This document shows positions 12,919-26,112 of a DNA stretch of 64,000 nucleotides, one piece after another. Origin of the DNA: Parasitella parasitica NRRL 2501. Its lineage: Eukaryota > Fungi > Mucoromycota. The translations under genes were made by a program, and so were the position numbers. The stretch lies in NCBI GenBank assembly GCA_025201805.1, contig MU619239.1, positions 335,010 through 399,009 on the forward strand, read 5' to 3'. Below the pieces are notes generated by a model that saw nothing but the letters and a program-made list of their open reading frames with translations, had not been told where the DNA came from and searched no databases. Numbering within the stretch: position 1 is the first letter of the stretch; the number at the start of each line of letters is the position of its first letter.

Positions 12919-13930
12919 TTTTTTTTACTCGAAGTATATAGAATCACTTGTACTATAGTTTTTTATTACTTTATGTATATAACATTAAAAAACACAGATT
13001 GAAACAACTTATCTTACACTTGGGGACTCTAACGCCTGCAAAAGCTAGACATGACATTGGTGCGCCTTACATGGCAATAACAATGACATTAAGCCATTTG
13101 AACTAGCTTGCTATCACAGATGAAAAGAATAAGATTGTTGTTGGATAAAATGCGAATCAGCTCAAGAACATGCAACGATAGACACCATCGCTCTTCTAAG
13201 CTATGATCACATGCATGTGTACGTGATGCTTGTTATCTACGGTAATGACTTTTGTAAGAGTATATGATGACTAGGTGATAGATCCGTTTGCTGTGAAGCT
13301 TGCATTTGGAATGCAGTATATGCGCGTCATATGCCAATAAAGTCCAAGTAGGATGTCTTGTTGTGATGCGCGATTTTTAGATCATAATGACCAGGCAACA
13401 GTACACTACTGAATTATTTTGTAATGATGGTTAGATGTACCATCAAGAATGTACAATAAAAATAGCGTTTTAAGGGGCACATTGGCAGCTTGGCAAGACA
13501 GACCTCTGTGCTATTTTACTATGTATACTGATTAGAGTAGCTTTTACACATTTTTGTACATGGCATTTCCAAATAAATATTGCTGTACAATTGATGCGTA
13601 GATCAAACATTCAGGCAAGGCTTATAAAATGTACATTCTGTTGAACGTGAATAAAATCGTCAGGGAGATCGATGCGTTGTACACCGTGACAGAAAATGTG
13701 TTGTTTGTTGAGCACCCAATTTCTCTGCTGATCACCAAGTTGATGGTGATACAAAAAAAAAAGGATAAAGAAAGCAAGCAGATCTACGGCAAAATAACAA
13801 ATACAAACATTTATTATCCTTTAGCAGCTGGCCATTCGGGCAAAACGTTAAATTGGCAGTATTTTGTCGAATCCAAATTTAACATGCTTTGATGTTTTCA
13901 GCATTCCTGCACGAATATGTATCGTAATGC

Positions 13931-13971
13931 NNNNNNNNNNNNNNNNNNNNNNNNNNNNNNNNNNNNNNNNN
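13931..13971. other. Assembly gap (N run); other gaps at 2664-2673 and 40734-40773
   Basis: Runs of n in the sequence. Confidence 1.
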
Positions 13972-14029
13972 TGCAACATGTAGATGATTTCAAACCTTTT
14001 CTTTTCTTCTTATCTTTTCCTTTAAAAAA

Positions 14030-17000
14030 ATGAAAATTTCAAGCCATTTAGACAAGAAGACAGCAAAGGCAAACAATGCAAAGACATTTACACAGCAGCA
14101 ACCGCCATCTGCTAAAAAGCCAAAAGTTTCCGTTATAAAGTTGTTTCGATTTGCCACACCAGCAGAGATAGTCGTAATCTTTATTTCTGCCATGTTATCA
14201 GCAATGTCAGGGTGTGTGCCGCCACTGTCTATCCTCATTTATGGATCTTATATATCTACAATAAGCAGAGATGCCAAGGGCAACCAGCAAGTCCTAGAGA
14301 GTGCTGCACCAACCATCCGATTCATGCTGATAATTGGCACAGCAGCAATTGTTACATCATACATGTCGTCTTGTTTGTGGATACGAGTTGGAGAGCGGCA
14401 GATACGCCGCATTAGAGCCATGTACTTGCACTCAATCTTAAATCAAGACATGGCGTGGTTCGACAGGGCTAAAGACGACTCCCTATTGACTAGACTGCAA
14501 GCCGATACACAACTGATCCAAGAGGGTATCTCTGAAAAGTGTGGTTTATGCATATCATCTGCTTTTCAGTTTACTGCCGGATTTGCAGTCAGCGTCTACA
14601 AAGGTATATTTACATAAACAGTCGATTATGTCATGATTCACTCAATGCGCATCATTAAAATGGCAACAGGCTACCAAATGGCATTAACCATGTTTGCCGT
14701 ATGTCCGCTTTTGCTTGCCATATCCTTGACAATGATTATTTTGGTCAAGAAATACGTTGTCCAAAACCAGAGATCGTATGCACAAGCTGGTGCAGTGGCC
14801 GAGCAAGCATTGCAATCTATTCGTACAGTTCACACCTTTTCACTGCAGGAGAGGTTTCTGAAACGCTTTCAAGAAAAGCTCAAGGGAGCTGAAAAATATG
14901 GAGTCAAAAGAGTCTTTGTAAGCGGTGTTGGCATTGCTTTGTTCACGTTCTGCTTCTATAGTTCTTTGGGATTGGCTCTTTGGTATGGGTCCCAGCTAGT
15001 CTTGGAAGGAAAGTCGACAGCTTCAGCAGTATTCGTTGTGTATCTCGGAATGATCATGGCCAGTATATCCCTGTCTCAAACGTCTGTCAATCTAAGTTCG
15101 ATTCTAAATGCATGTGCAATTTCGTACAAAGTGTTTAAAGTCATTGATACAATGCCCAGCATAAACTGTGACGACTGCAGTGGCGAGACACCCTCTCGCA
15201 TTGATGGTGCTATTGAATTCAAGCATGCCAAATTCGCTTATGCCTCAAGGCCCACTGTGTCTGTGCTCGATGATATTTCACTTGAGATCGTTCCGGGAAT
15301 GACTGTTGCATGCGTAGGATCGTCAGGCTCTGGGAAATCAACCATCATTCAGCTTTTACAGCGATTTTATGACCCAACTGAGGGCCAAATTACGCTGGAC
15401 GGGCATGATTTGAAAAAGCTAAATGTCAAATGGCTTCGCCAAAGCATCGGTATTGTCGGCCAGCAGCCAGTGTTATTCAACATGACGATCCGAGAGAACA
15501 TTCAGATGGGCAGTTCTGTTCCTGTGTCAGACAGAGATATCATTGCAGCAGCCAAAGAGGCAAACTGTCACAAATTTATCAAGCAGCTACCTCAGGGCTA
15601 CAATACTTTGATCGGGGAGCAGGGAAATATGCTCTCAGGTGGCCAACGACAGAGAATTGCAATTGCCAGGGCAATCATAAAGAACCCGAGGATTTTATTG
15701 TTGGATGAGGCAAGCTGATAGAATATATGTATATGTACTGTGCATTTTGATCTAATCTAATTCGCTAGGCAACGTCGGCATTAGACACTCGATCAGAAAA
15801 ACTGGTTCAAAATGCGCTAGATAAAGCATCAGCAACTCGAACCACTATCATCGTTGCACACCGCTTATCTACTATCACCAAAGCAGACAAGATTGTTGTC
15901 ATAGACCAAGGAAGAATAGTGGAAACAGGCACACACCAGCAGTTGATATCTCAAAACGGAATTTACGCTGATCTAGTAGCCAAACAGACCATTAATACTG
16001 ACAGCGACGACCAAGATGCGTCAACCATAGACGAAGAAATCGATCGTGAAGAATTAACGATGAAACAGAAAATAGAAGATGAATCACATCTTCTTAGTGC
16101 TCTAACCAAGGTGAATACGATGGACTCGACGAGTGGATTTACCGTCAAGGACAGCATACACAACGAAAAAAGTCTTGCAGGAGACGCTTCTGTCGATAAT
16201 GACAACAGAAAATCCAAGAAGAAATTTTCAAGCACTTGGAGTGTTGTCAAAAGAATGCGACAAGAGCGAAAACTGATTGCCTTGGGCGTTGTGGGAGCCT
16301 TGATCCAGGGCTCTATCTTCCCTCTGTACGGATATTCTTTCTCTTGCGTTATTGGCATACTATCTGACCCAGAATACCAATCAGCACCACCTCTACAAGG
16401 AACAAACCTATATGCATTTGTATTTTTCATCATTGGAGTTTCATCATTTCTTGGCGCCGGATCAAAGAGTATTTGCTTTGGGCTCAGTGGCGAGTATTTC
16501 ACGCATCGACTTCGTGGCCAAATGTTCAGCGCTTACATGAAGCAAGATATCGAATTCTTTGATAGGAAAGAGAATAATACGGGTGTACTAACAACCAACC
16601 TAGCCATCAATGCACGAAGCGTCAGCGACATGGTGTCTAAAGTCTGGGGAGATGTCATCAGCTTGTTCGCTACCTTGGTAACCGGTCTCGTCATAGCGTT
16701 TAAGCATAGCTGGGCCCTCACGTTGATAACTATGGGTATGATGCCCTTCATTGCCCTTTCAAACGCATTTGATTTATATTTGCAGCGAAGCTTCAACGAC
16801 AAGACAATGCGTGATAATGTCCAAAGCAGTCAAGTGGCAGGCGAAGCTATCCGGGAAGTGCGCACAGTAGCTGCTCTTGGCAAACAAGATTATTTCGAAG
16901 AACAGTATGCCAAAGCGACGGTATACTCCTACCAACTAGCAAAGAAAAAGGCGTATTTTTCATCAATTGGGTTTGCGCTACATCGAGGAACCAAGATATA

Positions 17001-18000
17001 TACCAATGCATTGGCCTTTTACGCTGGAACCAGACTGCTTGTCAGTGGCAGCATTGAATTCAGTCAGTTATTTGTCTGTATGACAGTGTTGATCCTTACA
17101 GCAGAAGCAGCCGGCCGTGATAGCTTGTTTGCGACGATTCTCACAAAGGGGAAACAGGCTACTTCAACCATATTTGAGCTTTTGGATCATTCTTCGTCTG
17201 CTATCGACGCTGAGCTTGAAGGAGCAGAGCCCATGGTTGGCACTATTGAGGGAGCGATCAAGTTTGACCATGTTAAATTTGCATACCCAACAAGACCAGA
17301 TCAGTTGATTTTAGACGGCGATTTCACTCTTGAAATCAAATCAGGTCAAACAATTGCTTTAGTTGGTTCATCTGGCTGTGGAAAATCAACCACAATTGGC
17401 TTGTTGCAGCGATGGTATGATGCTATCGAAGGGTCTGTATCTTTAGATCAAAGAGACGTAAAATCGTACTCTGTCCACAACCTTCGAAGTCATATGTCGA
17501 TCGTCGGCCAAGAGCCCATTCTATTCAACGTGTCAATTGGCGAGAATATCAGGTATGGGGTCGACGAAAAGGCAACGCATGTAACACAACAAGATGTCGA
17601 CAACGCATGCAAGGCTGCAAACATCTACGATTTTATCACGAGTCTTCCCAATGGATTTTCAACGATTGTTGGCCATAAAGGGTCTCAACTCTCCGGTGGT
17701 CAAAAACAGCGCATTGCTATTGCTCGAGCTATTTTACGGAAGCCCAAGGTTCTGCTTTTGGATGAAGCCACATCAGCACTAGACAGTGAAAGTGAAAGAT
17801 TGGTTCAAGAGGCGCTTGATAAGATTATACAGGAGGGAAACAAGACGACCATTACCATTGCGCATCGACTATCGACTGTCATCAATGCAGATGTCATTTG
17901 CGTAATGGAAGACGGTAAAATCAAGGAAAAAGGTAGACATAAAGACCTTTTGGCATTGAATGGCTTGTACTCCAGACTAGTAACAGAGCAATTACTGTGA
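14030..18000 (+). CDS. Full-size ABCB (MDR/P-glycoprotein) transporter, TMD-NBD-TMD-NBD; introns about 14604-14669 and 15710-15768
   Basis: Two NBDs (GSSGSGKST / LSGGQRQR / LLLDEATSALD and GSSGCGKST / LSGGQKQR / LLLDEATSALD), 'QDMAWFD' and 'QDIEFFD' loops, multiple hydrophobic helices. Confidence 0.95.
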
Positions 18001-18270
18001 ACAATAAAAAGAAACTCTCATGTATATACTTTCGCAACATCATTTTCTGTATTCAAAGAGTCTAGGTCACAATATGTATACCCAACCATGCATTTGGTTT
18101 TATTTCCCTAATTCAAAGAAATTGACTCTAGCTCTTTTCTATTTGTTAGATTTCAGCATGCTTGGAGGCGGGAAAATTTATATTTGCGCGTACCCAATAA
18201 AAACCACATTACAATACTTGTATCTCTCTCTCTCTTTCTCTTCCCCTGTTATATTTTTTTTATAAAAAAA

Positions 18271-18867
18271 ATGAGCAACCCAGATACAAACAATCCTAAA
18301 GTCGGTCGTCATAGGGTTTTTTCGAATGAGCAGCGTAAAGTACGCAATAGGCAGGCTCAAGCAGCATTCAGAGATCGACGCAGTAAATATACAAATTCTC
18401 TAGAAACTGCTATTCTTAATTTTGAAGAGACAATAAAAAATTTGAAGGAAACGAACAACCAGTCGATGAAGCGGGCCCAGTTAGCGGAAGATCGTTCGCA
18501 TCATCTTGCGTCCGAAGTAGTTTCATTGCAAAAGTTACTGGAGATGGCGCTTGCTGACAATCAAAGACTTGAAGCGCAAATCGCTACAGTTATTTCCAGT
18601 GAGTATATATCACAGGAAGTACGCTGTCTCCTTTGCTAATTACCCCAATCTGCAGACAACAATGTAGTGCTTCCTCTTTCACCAAATGATAGTAGCAGCT
18701 TAACTTTTGATAAAATGTCTCCATCAATTTCTATTAATAACCTGCTTGATGGGCTTAATGATACTACAACTTGCAGCCCAATGTCTTCGACAGCATCGGG
18801 CGATCAATTGGACTTGTTCACTTCTTTAAACAACACCATATTTACAGGCGAGTCCCCTAGATTTTGA
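18271..18867 (+). CDS. Yap/AP-1-like bZIP transcription factor (3' end uncertain; may continue through small exons to about 19035-19100)
   Basis: Basic region 'RKVRNRQAQAAFRDRR' followed by a leucine-zipper-like heptad. Intron 18599-18655 keeps frame into a Ser-rich exon. Confidence 0.8.
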
Positions 18868-19339
18868 TAGGCTGTTTTGTAAAGAACGTTGATCCTAGAG
18901 TTTTCTTTTAAATAGAACCCACATCGTACAACTTTACCAACAATAGTGCAGAATTTAGTCTTGGCAAGTATACTAATTTAATGCATGTGAGCTCTCTGAT
19001 CCTAGTTGCTTTCTTTCATGTAGATTTCCTATAGCAAAAGATCAAGATACCCTTTTTCTTACAAACTCTCGCTGTATGCACAGAAGATGTTCCTATATAA
19101 GCAATAATTTGAGAGAGTATGCTAGTCTTTTATGGTAATAAACACCTTTATAACGAGTGTTGATCGGTGGTAGTAAAGATCAATTAGATTTCAATTATAA
19201 CGTTGAATAATAAGTGGTAGATAATAGATGTATTACGATAGATTGATAGATATCTTATTTTGAAGGCGCATTTTGATCAAATTGGAAAATGCGTCATTAT
19301 ACATGAAACATCATGTAATGAGATTATGTGAATCACTAC

Positions 19340-20940
19340 ATTGGACACTAAATCAAGATCAGACATGGATTTAATAGCCTTGACTTCCCACTAACTAGCG
19401 CACACTTGATTTGGACTGGATGGCCTAGACGCTAGACATAAAAAGTTATTTGTAGAAATCAGTGGTTTTCATGAGAAGAATTCAAATATAATGTAGTAGT
19501 GTATGAATGGTTATAACAGAACACAACCAGTGCTATCAGATGGTGAGTAGTTGATCGCGATCTGATCTAGATGTATTCTTTGAATAAGCCTGGAACCTTG
19601 CAAGAGGTCCAAACTTGTAGCTTCTTCCTTATTTGTAAAAGAATTACCAACAATAAATATCATGATCCGTGCATTATGATCAAGTTGGATATGACATATA
19701 TGTAGCCTTTATATGGATACAACAATTTGCTCATAACTTGGGCTAAAATGACCGTAGTACCGAGATCTAACTTGGAAAACTTGGCTTGGCGCTATCTGGC
19801 AACAACATTGGCTTCCATGTTTTCATTGATATCTACGAAATTATCAGATGATATCACAAATTCACATATCAGAATTGCATATAATCAATGATAGGCTTTG
19901 ATAAAGAGCAAAATAAACATTGACTTGTGCGCCATATGAACAGACATGATCATCGCTATTTGAGCATAACTTGAATTCCACTGGGTACTGTGTGTATCTA
20001 AGGTTATCTACAAAAATAGGTTTGTTTTTCATAATTAATTATAAATATCAAACATCTGTTCATAATGACTTCTGCTACTACACGAACCGTAGAACAGCGA
20101 TCTTGGGAAACTTGGCGTAGACTCACAGCAGCTATTATTTGTTAACAACATTCGCATCTATTTTTAATTGATGTCTATGAAATTATCTCCATAAAACATA
20201 AATTTTCATTTAAAAAATGCAAATGAACACATGTAGTAGGTTTTGATAGAAAGCAAAGTGTGGATTGATTTTATACAGGCAAGATCAGGGCCATCTGATA
20301 AGCACTTGGATTTCCACTGGGGGACGCATCTAGCAAAAGTCGTATAATTATTGGAAACAAAAAAAGATGAAAACAAGAGGCTAACGAGATACGAAAACTT
20401 TATAATACTTTAAGATGGAAATTGAATCTGCTCTTAATACCTTTCACAACTACATAAATGTATAGTGACCCATTTAGATTGCTAATTGGCAAGACTAATT
20501 CCCAATAAAAATCTACTTAACAGGGTACGATGTAAGGCTATATAATAAGGGCTACACTCTTTGATCTGACAGAGCCTTAACCTTTATCCTGGTGCTCAGA
20601 TCTGTGTTACTTACAGGAACAACCTTCTTGATTTGAAACAAAACAGAGATTTGATTCAAGAGTATCACATCACATTATTGGGCAATCTCCAATCTTTAAA
20701 TTGAAGTACATCATTGCCATGATCTCCTTTCTATAATTATGGCAGATCAGTAATTATGCGCAAAGTGATTTTTTTTTATTTGCAGTATTAAATGGACACC
20801 TCAATCAAGATCAGTCATGGATCCAAGAACCTAGAGTTTGCGCTATCTGACACATGCTAGCAGGTTGTACTGAATGGTGTGTACTATATAAAAAATTATC
20901 TCGCAGAAATCTGTGGGTTTGATACAAAAATCTCATAAAA
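19340..20940 (+). repeat. Patchwork of diverged direct repeats (about 19340-19490 vs 20792-20940; about 19750-19990 vs 20086-20325)
   Basis: Collinear shared blocks: 'tggacact-aaatcaagatcagacatggat' vs 'tggacacctcaatcaagatcagtcatggat'; 'ttgatatctacgaaattatc' vs 'ttgatgtctatgaaattatc'; 'acttgaattccactggg' vs 'acttggatttccactggg'. Confidence 0.7.
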
Positions 20941-21144
20941 ACAACTAATTATGAATAACAAAGCATGGCATGAATTTCACTTATCTAATCATTTAACAAT
21001 TCAGCAGGCGTTTGTATGACTACCACCAGAAGATGGTTCCATTACGAAATGCATTGCAGACTGAAAAATACTTTCATCACCTGTATGAGTTGAAAAACAA
21101 AAAAAAATTGGTTGATAATTTTTCTTTTTCTTTTTATTTATATT

Positions 21145-24100
21145 TTACAAATTGTTGCTGCTAAATAAAGATGTCGCATTATTCATATGTTGATGGTGTT
21201 GTAGAGGATGGGTAGGATTGCTGTGGCTAAAAGGCGAAATGTCAATTGCAGCAGGCGGAGAATTATTCAAAGGAAGAGGAGGTGGATGTTGCGGTTGTTG
21301 TTGAACTGCAGTATTCCTCAACATCATTGGATCATACAAAACGACCATGCCATGTTGAGCATGGTTTAAGCATTGGAAACCACTGAGAGGCGATCCTAGT
21401 AAGACCTCGTATAATTCACGAATATCCACTAGAAAATCGCCATATAAATCATTCATCATACAATGCAACTGTACCAATGTATGATATTGCTGACTACCTC
21501 TAAATATATTAGTTTGTGTGATTTCGTTCAACTTTTGATAGGCCACTTTAGCTCTTTCTAATGTCACTGATGGACAATCAGGCTGTATTCGCGTTTGGAA
21601 TTAATTATATGTCCACAAATCAGGCAAGCTTACTTACCGGTGCATCACCAAATAATTTTCCATGGGCGTTGTCAGAAAGAACAGAAGTTGGAGTCCAACC
21701 ATTCGTCCAATTTGGTTGTATTGGCTGTGAGATGGGTTCACTTGAGAAACGTCGATCAAATGTAGGCTGTTGCGCAAATCTAGTGTCGTAATCGTTCACG
21801 GGCGTCATGTTATTTCGAGGTTCACCAAATAAAAAGCTACTAAAGAATGACTTGGGTTCTGTAGAGTCAAACGGCGAGGCAACAGAGGGACGTTTGACAG
21901 CATTAGATGCTGTAATTATAGGATCAGATGGTGCATCATGCAATGGACTGCTTCCAATAGGAATAGATGAAACCCGGCGACCATTGGTGGGCTGTCCAAT
22001 AGGTGCAATCGGTGTAATAGATCGTCGAGAGGATGAACTTGGTTCCAACGGAGAGGTGATGCGATTATTAAACATCCCCATTATTGATGGAGAATTATCG
22101 GATAAAGTGGAAGGAGCTGGGTGGTCTATGGGCGAAGCGTTTAATAAAGAGGATGATAAAGACGTGCCTTGGAGGATATCGAGATGAGAAGGCAAGAACG
22201 AAGGATGCTGTAAATGTGGAGGCGGTCGAATGGGTGTTGTGTTGATAGAAGCAGCATTTGGTTCAACGAAACTAGGTCTACCTGAGCCCACTAAAACATC
22301 AATTAACACTTGTTGTCTATCAGCGGAATCGTCTATAGATGTTGCTGTAGGTGCAATGATTCCTGGAGGCGGAGACGGCGTTTTGTTTGTTTTTGAGGCC
22401 ACTGTGTCTGTCAGTTTGACAATCCTGGCAGGTGAAGGAGCAACGTGTAATTCTGGCTCTGCAACATTTGCTTGTGCCTTCAATTTGACAGTTGCTTCTT
22501 GTTTCAAACATTCTTTTTCTTCTTTTTTCGCCTTTATTTTGTGTGCTTTTTCTCTTTCCAAACGATCATTTTCTTCTTTTTCTGCTTTCATCTTTTGTGC
22601 CTTTTCCTCTTCCAGACGCTCCTTTTGCTCCTTTTCTTCCTTGGCCTTTTGAATATTTTCTTTTGCAATGCGTTCCGTCTCTTCCTTTTCTTTACGCTTT
22701 CTTTCCCTTTCAGCAGCCCGATCTTTTTCTTCTTTAATTCTTCGTTTCTTTTCTTCTTCTTTTCGAAGACGCTCCTCTTCTCTTTGTCGCTTTTCTGCTT
22801 CCTTTTTTAATCGTTCTTGTTCACGTTTTTGTCTAACAATCTCATTCTTCTTTTGCTTTTCCCGTTTTGCGGCTTCTTCCTCGGCCTTCTTCTTGGCTTC
22901 ACGAGCAAGGCGCTCGGTTTCTTGCTGTTGCTTCAATTGCCTGGTCAAAATGCATCTCAGTAAACACAAGGCTTAACACTGGTGTATTTTATGTCAAGAA
23001 AAATACCTCTTTTTATCCTTCTTTTTCTCTCGTTCTATTTGCTTTTTGGCTTCCCGTTCTTCGCGAAGACGGTCCTCTTCTTCAAGTTCTTCCAATAAAC
23101 GCTGCTGACGCTCCTGAGCTACTTTCTCTCTATAAGCTGCAAGTACACGTTGCTCAAACATACGGGCAGCAAATATTTGAAACATACGACGACCTTCTTC
23201 CATTCGTTGTTCTTCGGTACGCGGATCCTGTTTAAAAAGAAAGCTATTTTAATATTGTGAAAGGGTAAGTTTTTTTTTAGAAAACCATATACCTCGTCAT
23301 CATCATCGTCAAATGCATCTTCATCTCCTTCTTCTTCTTGGAGATAGTTGTTGGCAAGGTAGGTTATGTTATCCTCTTTTTGCATTCGTCGTGCAGCAAG
23401 GCGTTCCATCATATCAAGAAATTTTCTTCCGTCATTTTTTAATAAATCGTCAGCCACGGTCAAAATTCCACCTAGAAAATGAGCAAATCAGTACGCAATT
23501 TGGACAACGAGCTAGACATTTCACATACCTTTGACAGTTAAACTGTTCCCAAAACTAAAGTGGTCTCCATTGGCAGAGGCCCTCGAAAGAGCAGTATGAC
23601 GGATATGTGCCATTTCTTCAAAGCGACTTCTTTCAGCATATGTAGCAATAGGAGGACGAGTGATGATTTCGTCGTCATCATCTGCATCCTCAAAGTCTTC
23701 ATCCTCTTCATCCTCTTCGTCATCGTCCTCATCATCGTCGTCATCGTCGTCATCATCGTCATTGTCGTCCTCATCGTCGTCCTCATCATCAAGATCTTCA
23801 TCGTCGAGGTCTTCATCATCTTCGTCCTCTTCGTCGTCGTCCTCTTCGTCCAAGGGGTCTGTATCATCGTAGCCATGGTCATACATTGGATCAGTAGAAA
23901 GATAACCAGCGTGCAAAAGATTTGCTGTACCTCGAGTCTGGCGCTGATGATTGGCATATTGCTCCAATTCTTCGTAATAGGCGTCATACAAAACCTCCAA
24001 TTCATCCTCAATGGCAGCTCTACTTAATTTGAAATTGGTTACAAGGATTTAAAATGAGAGAAATGCTGCAGCAGGCAGCTAAAAAAATTACCTCCTTTTC

Positions 24101-24567
24101 CCACAAACGGAGCAATTGCAGTTGTGTTTCTGCTGTTCTTTCATTTTACGCAACACGGCGTCTTTTTCGACTTTCACTAATGAACGTCTTTCATCTTCGC
24201 CTAATTGCAGCCAAAATTCTCGAATTTTCTGTCGTTCTTCAGTATTATTCGTGATTGACCAAAAATTGTCTTCATCTGACTTGGTATTGTTGTTAGAGGA
24301 AGAGGAAGATGCCGGTTGAGTGTTCAGATGGTCACCGTGTCTGATTACGTGGTGGTTCATCATGGCATCGACCATGTCGGCTTGCGTTTTCGCAGCGAAA
24401 TCAGCAACTTTTTGCTTTGACTTTTTCTTGTACTTTTTCTTCTTTTTAGAGGCACTGGAGGCTGTACAATTTGAGCTCATATCGTTGCTGGGTATGCTTG
24501 ATGGAGTAGTAGCACTGGTGTTGGGGGATTGAGTGGGCTTTGAGAGTAACTGCATAGACTTTGTCAT
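21145..24567 (-). CDS. NST1: Stress response protein Nst1, multi-exon
   Basis: '[50 protein letters not shown]', '[14 protein letters not shown]', '[11 protein letters not shown]|[25 protein letters not shown]', '[29 protein letters not shown]'; long acidic tract and E/K/R coiled coil. Confidence 0.93.
23660..23870 (-). repeat. Coding GAN-triplet low-complexity tract (poly-Asp/Glu in Nst1)
   Basis: About 60 nearly consecutive D/E codons; this explains the spurious poly-Ser and Met/Thr ORFs in other frames. Confidence 0.9.
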
Positions 24568-26112
24568 AAGCCTGAATAGCCAAATGAAACAAAGGTCAAT
24601 AAATAATTTTAAATCAAAAGACAAGGCCCTTTTTTTTTGCAATTATAAAAAAGAATATAGTGGAAATTACAAATACAAGCGACTTTTCTTTGTCTTTGTA
24701 ACTGGTCTCTTTGAAGTCGTAGTGGATGAGATAAGAAAGAAAGAAAGTGAAATGCGTAGAAAGTTGACAATTACCCTTTTTTTTCCAAGCCTTTTTAAAA
24801 ATATACGAAAGAAAGAAGAGGAAAGAAGAAAAAAGATTGTTTCCTGACCACAACCTCATCAGAAGAAGCCTACAGGCAAATTAAAAACTCCTCCATATTC
24901 CATGAGAACCTTTTAAGCCAATGGATGGGAATCTTGTGACGCTGCTAGCTGGTTGATGATCATTGAATAACCAAAGACATGCGCAAATCCAGGGCATTGA
25001 ATTGAGCAGCATAGCTCTTTCGATTATAAATTTCAACATCAAGAGGTATGCAATGCGGCTACTTCCATTCCAAATCTGATTGCCCACTGCTGCAAACAGA
25101 TGTAGTCTTCTTACACTTGTAGGAGTGTTTGTGAATGCCGGGAAACATAACATTTATGAAAGTGAAATCTTACTGTTCGATGTGCAAGGCAGATATATTC
25201 GAAGTTGTACTGCTTTCATACTTGCTATAGATATGTATGCGGTTAGAAACTAACCTCACATCAAGGGTAACTATTGAATTTGTCAATGAGACACAACTTG
25301 GTCCATCTAACACACATTCTATCTAGTATAACAGGAATTTGTTGTTTTGTAAAGGACATCCAACCTTTCTGGATGAATTCCAAGTAGCAAGAAGATTCGA
25401 CAAAACCAAGTCTCTTTTATTTAGAATTACTATACCTGATAATATATCCACTTGCAAATGCATATTTGTAACACTGACAGGCTGTAATTGTCATCTGAGG
25501 GGGTCATTTTTTTCCAGTGACACGCACACAACAGAGAAGTGCAGTTTCTTACAAGTAACATTCATAAGCTCATTACGTTTGCCGAATGTCTGAATAGTTT
25601 TGCGTACGAGAATATGCGTTTGTTATGACTAAAACGCAGCACACATTTTCGTTACGACATTACTAGCCAAACCATTGGTAAGAAAGTCGATCTTGCTGAT
25701 TTCCCTAACAACGAAAACCTTAACTTTATTGCAGTATATGATCCGATGCAGAAGAATTCTTTGCACGATCGAGCAAAAACCATGTCAAAAGGAAACAAAC
25801 TGATAAAGTATAACATAATACGTTAAATTATTTTTAGCGCTATTGAGAGTATATTGATTATACTTGTTTTGAAAGGAGTTGATAGAAAAGTCTCCTATCA
25901 TTGTATAAATTCGTTCTGTGGCGTAATTTTTGTGAAAAAACAAAGAAGAGTAATGCCATTCTCGAATAGCAAAAAAAAACGTTAGGTGTGGATCCGAGTA
26001 AAGATAATTTTCTTTTTATAGTTTTTAGTTAAATAAATACTGTCATGGAAAATCAGAATATATAGAGTAGATATTGCATGTAGATATATATATATATATT
26101 TGTATATATCAT

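Noticed and set aside
18271-18867. bZIP as a HAC1/XBP1 substrate of the IRE1 in this window
   Set aside because: The basic region is Yap-like (RNRQAQAAFRDRR), not Hac1-like. The CTGCAG at about 18650 is simply a spliceosomal acceptor, and I saw no paired Ire1 stem-loops.
22230-24027. Long alternative-frame and antisense ORFs (poly-Ser, Phe/Leu-rich, Met/Thr-rich) over NST1
   Set aside because: Shadows of the low-complexity E/K/R and D/E codon tracts of Nst1.
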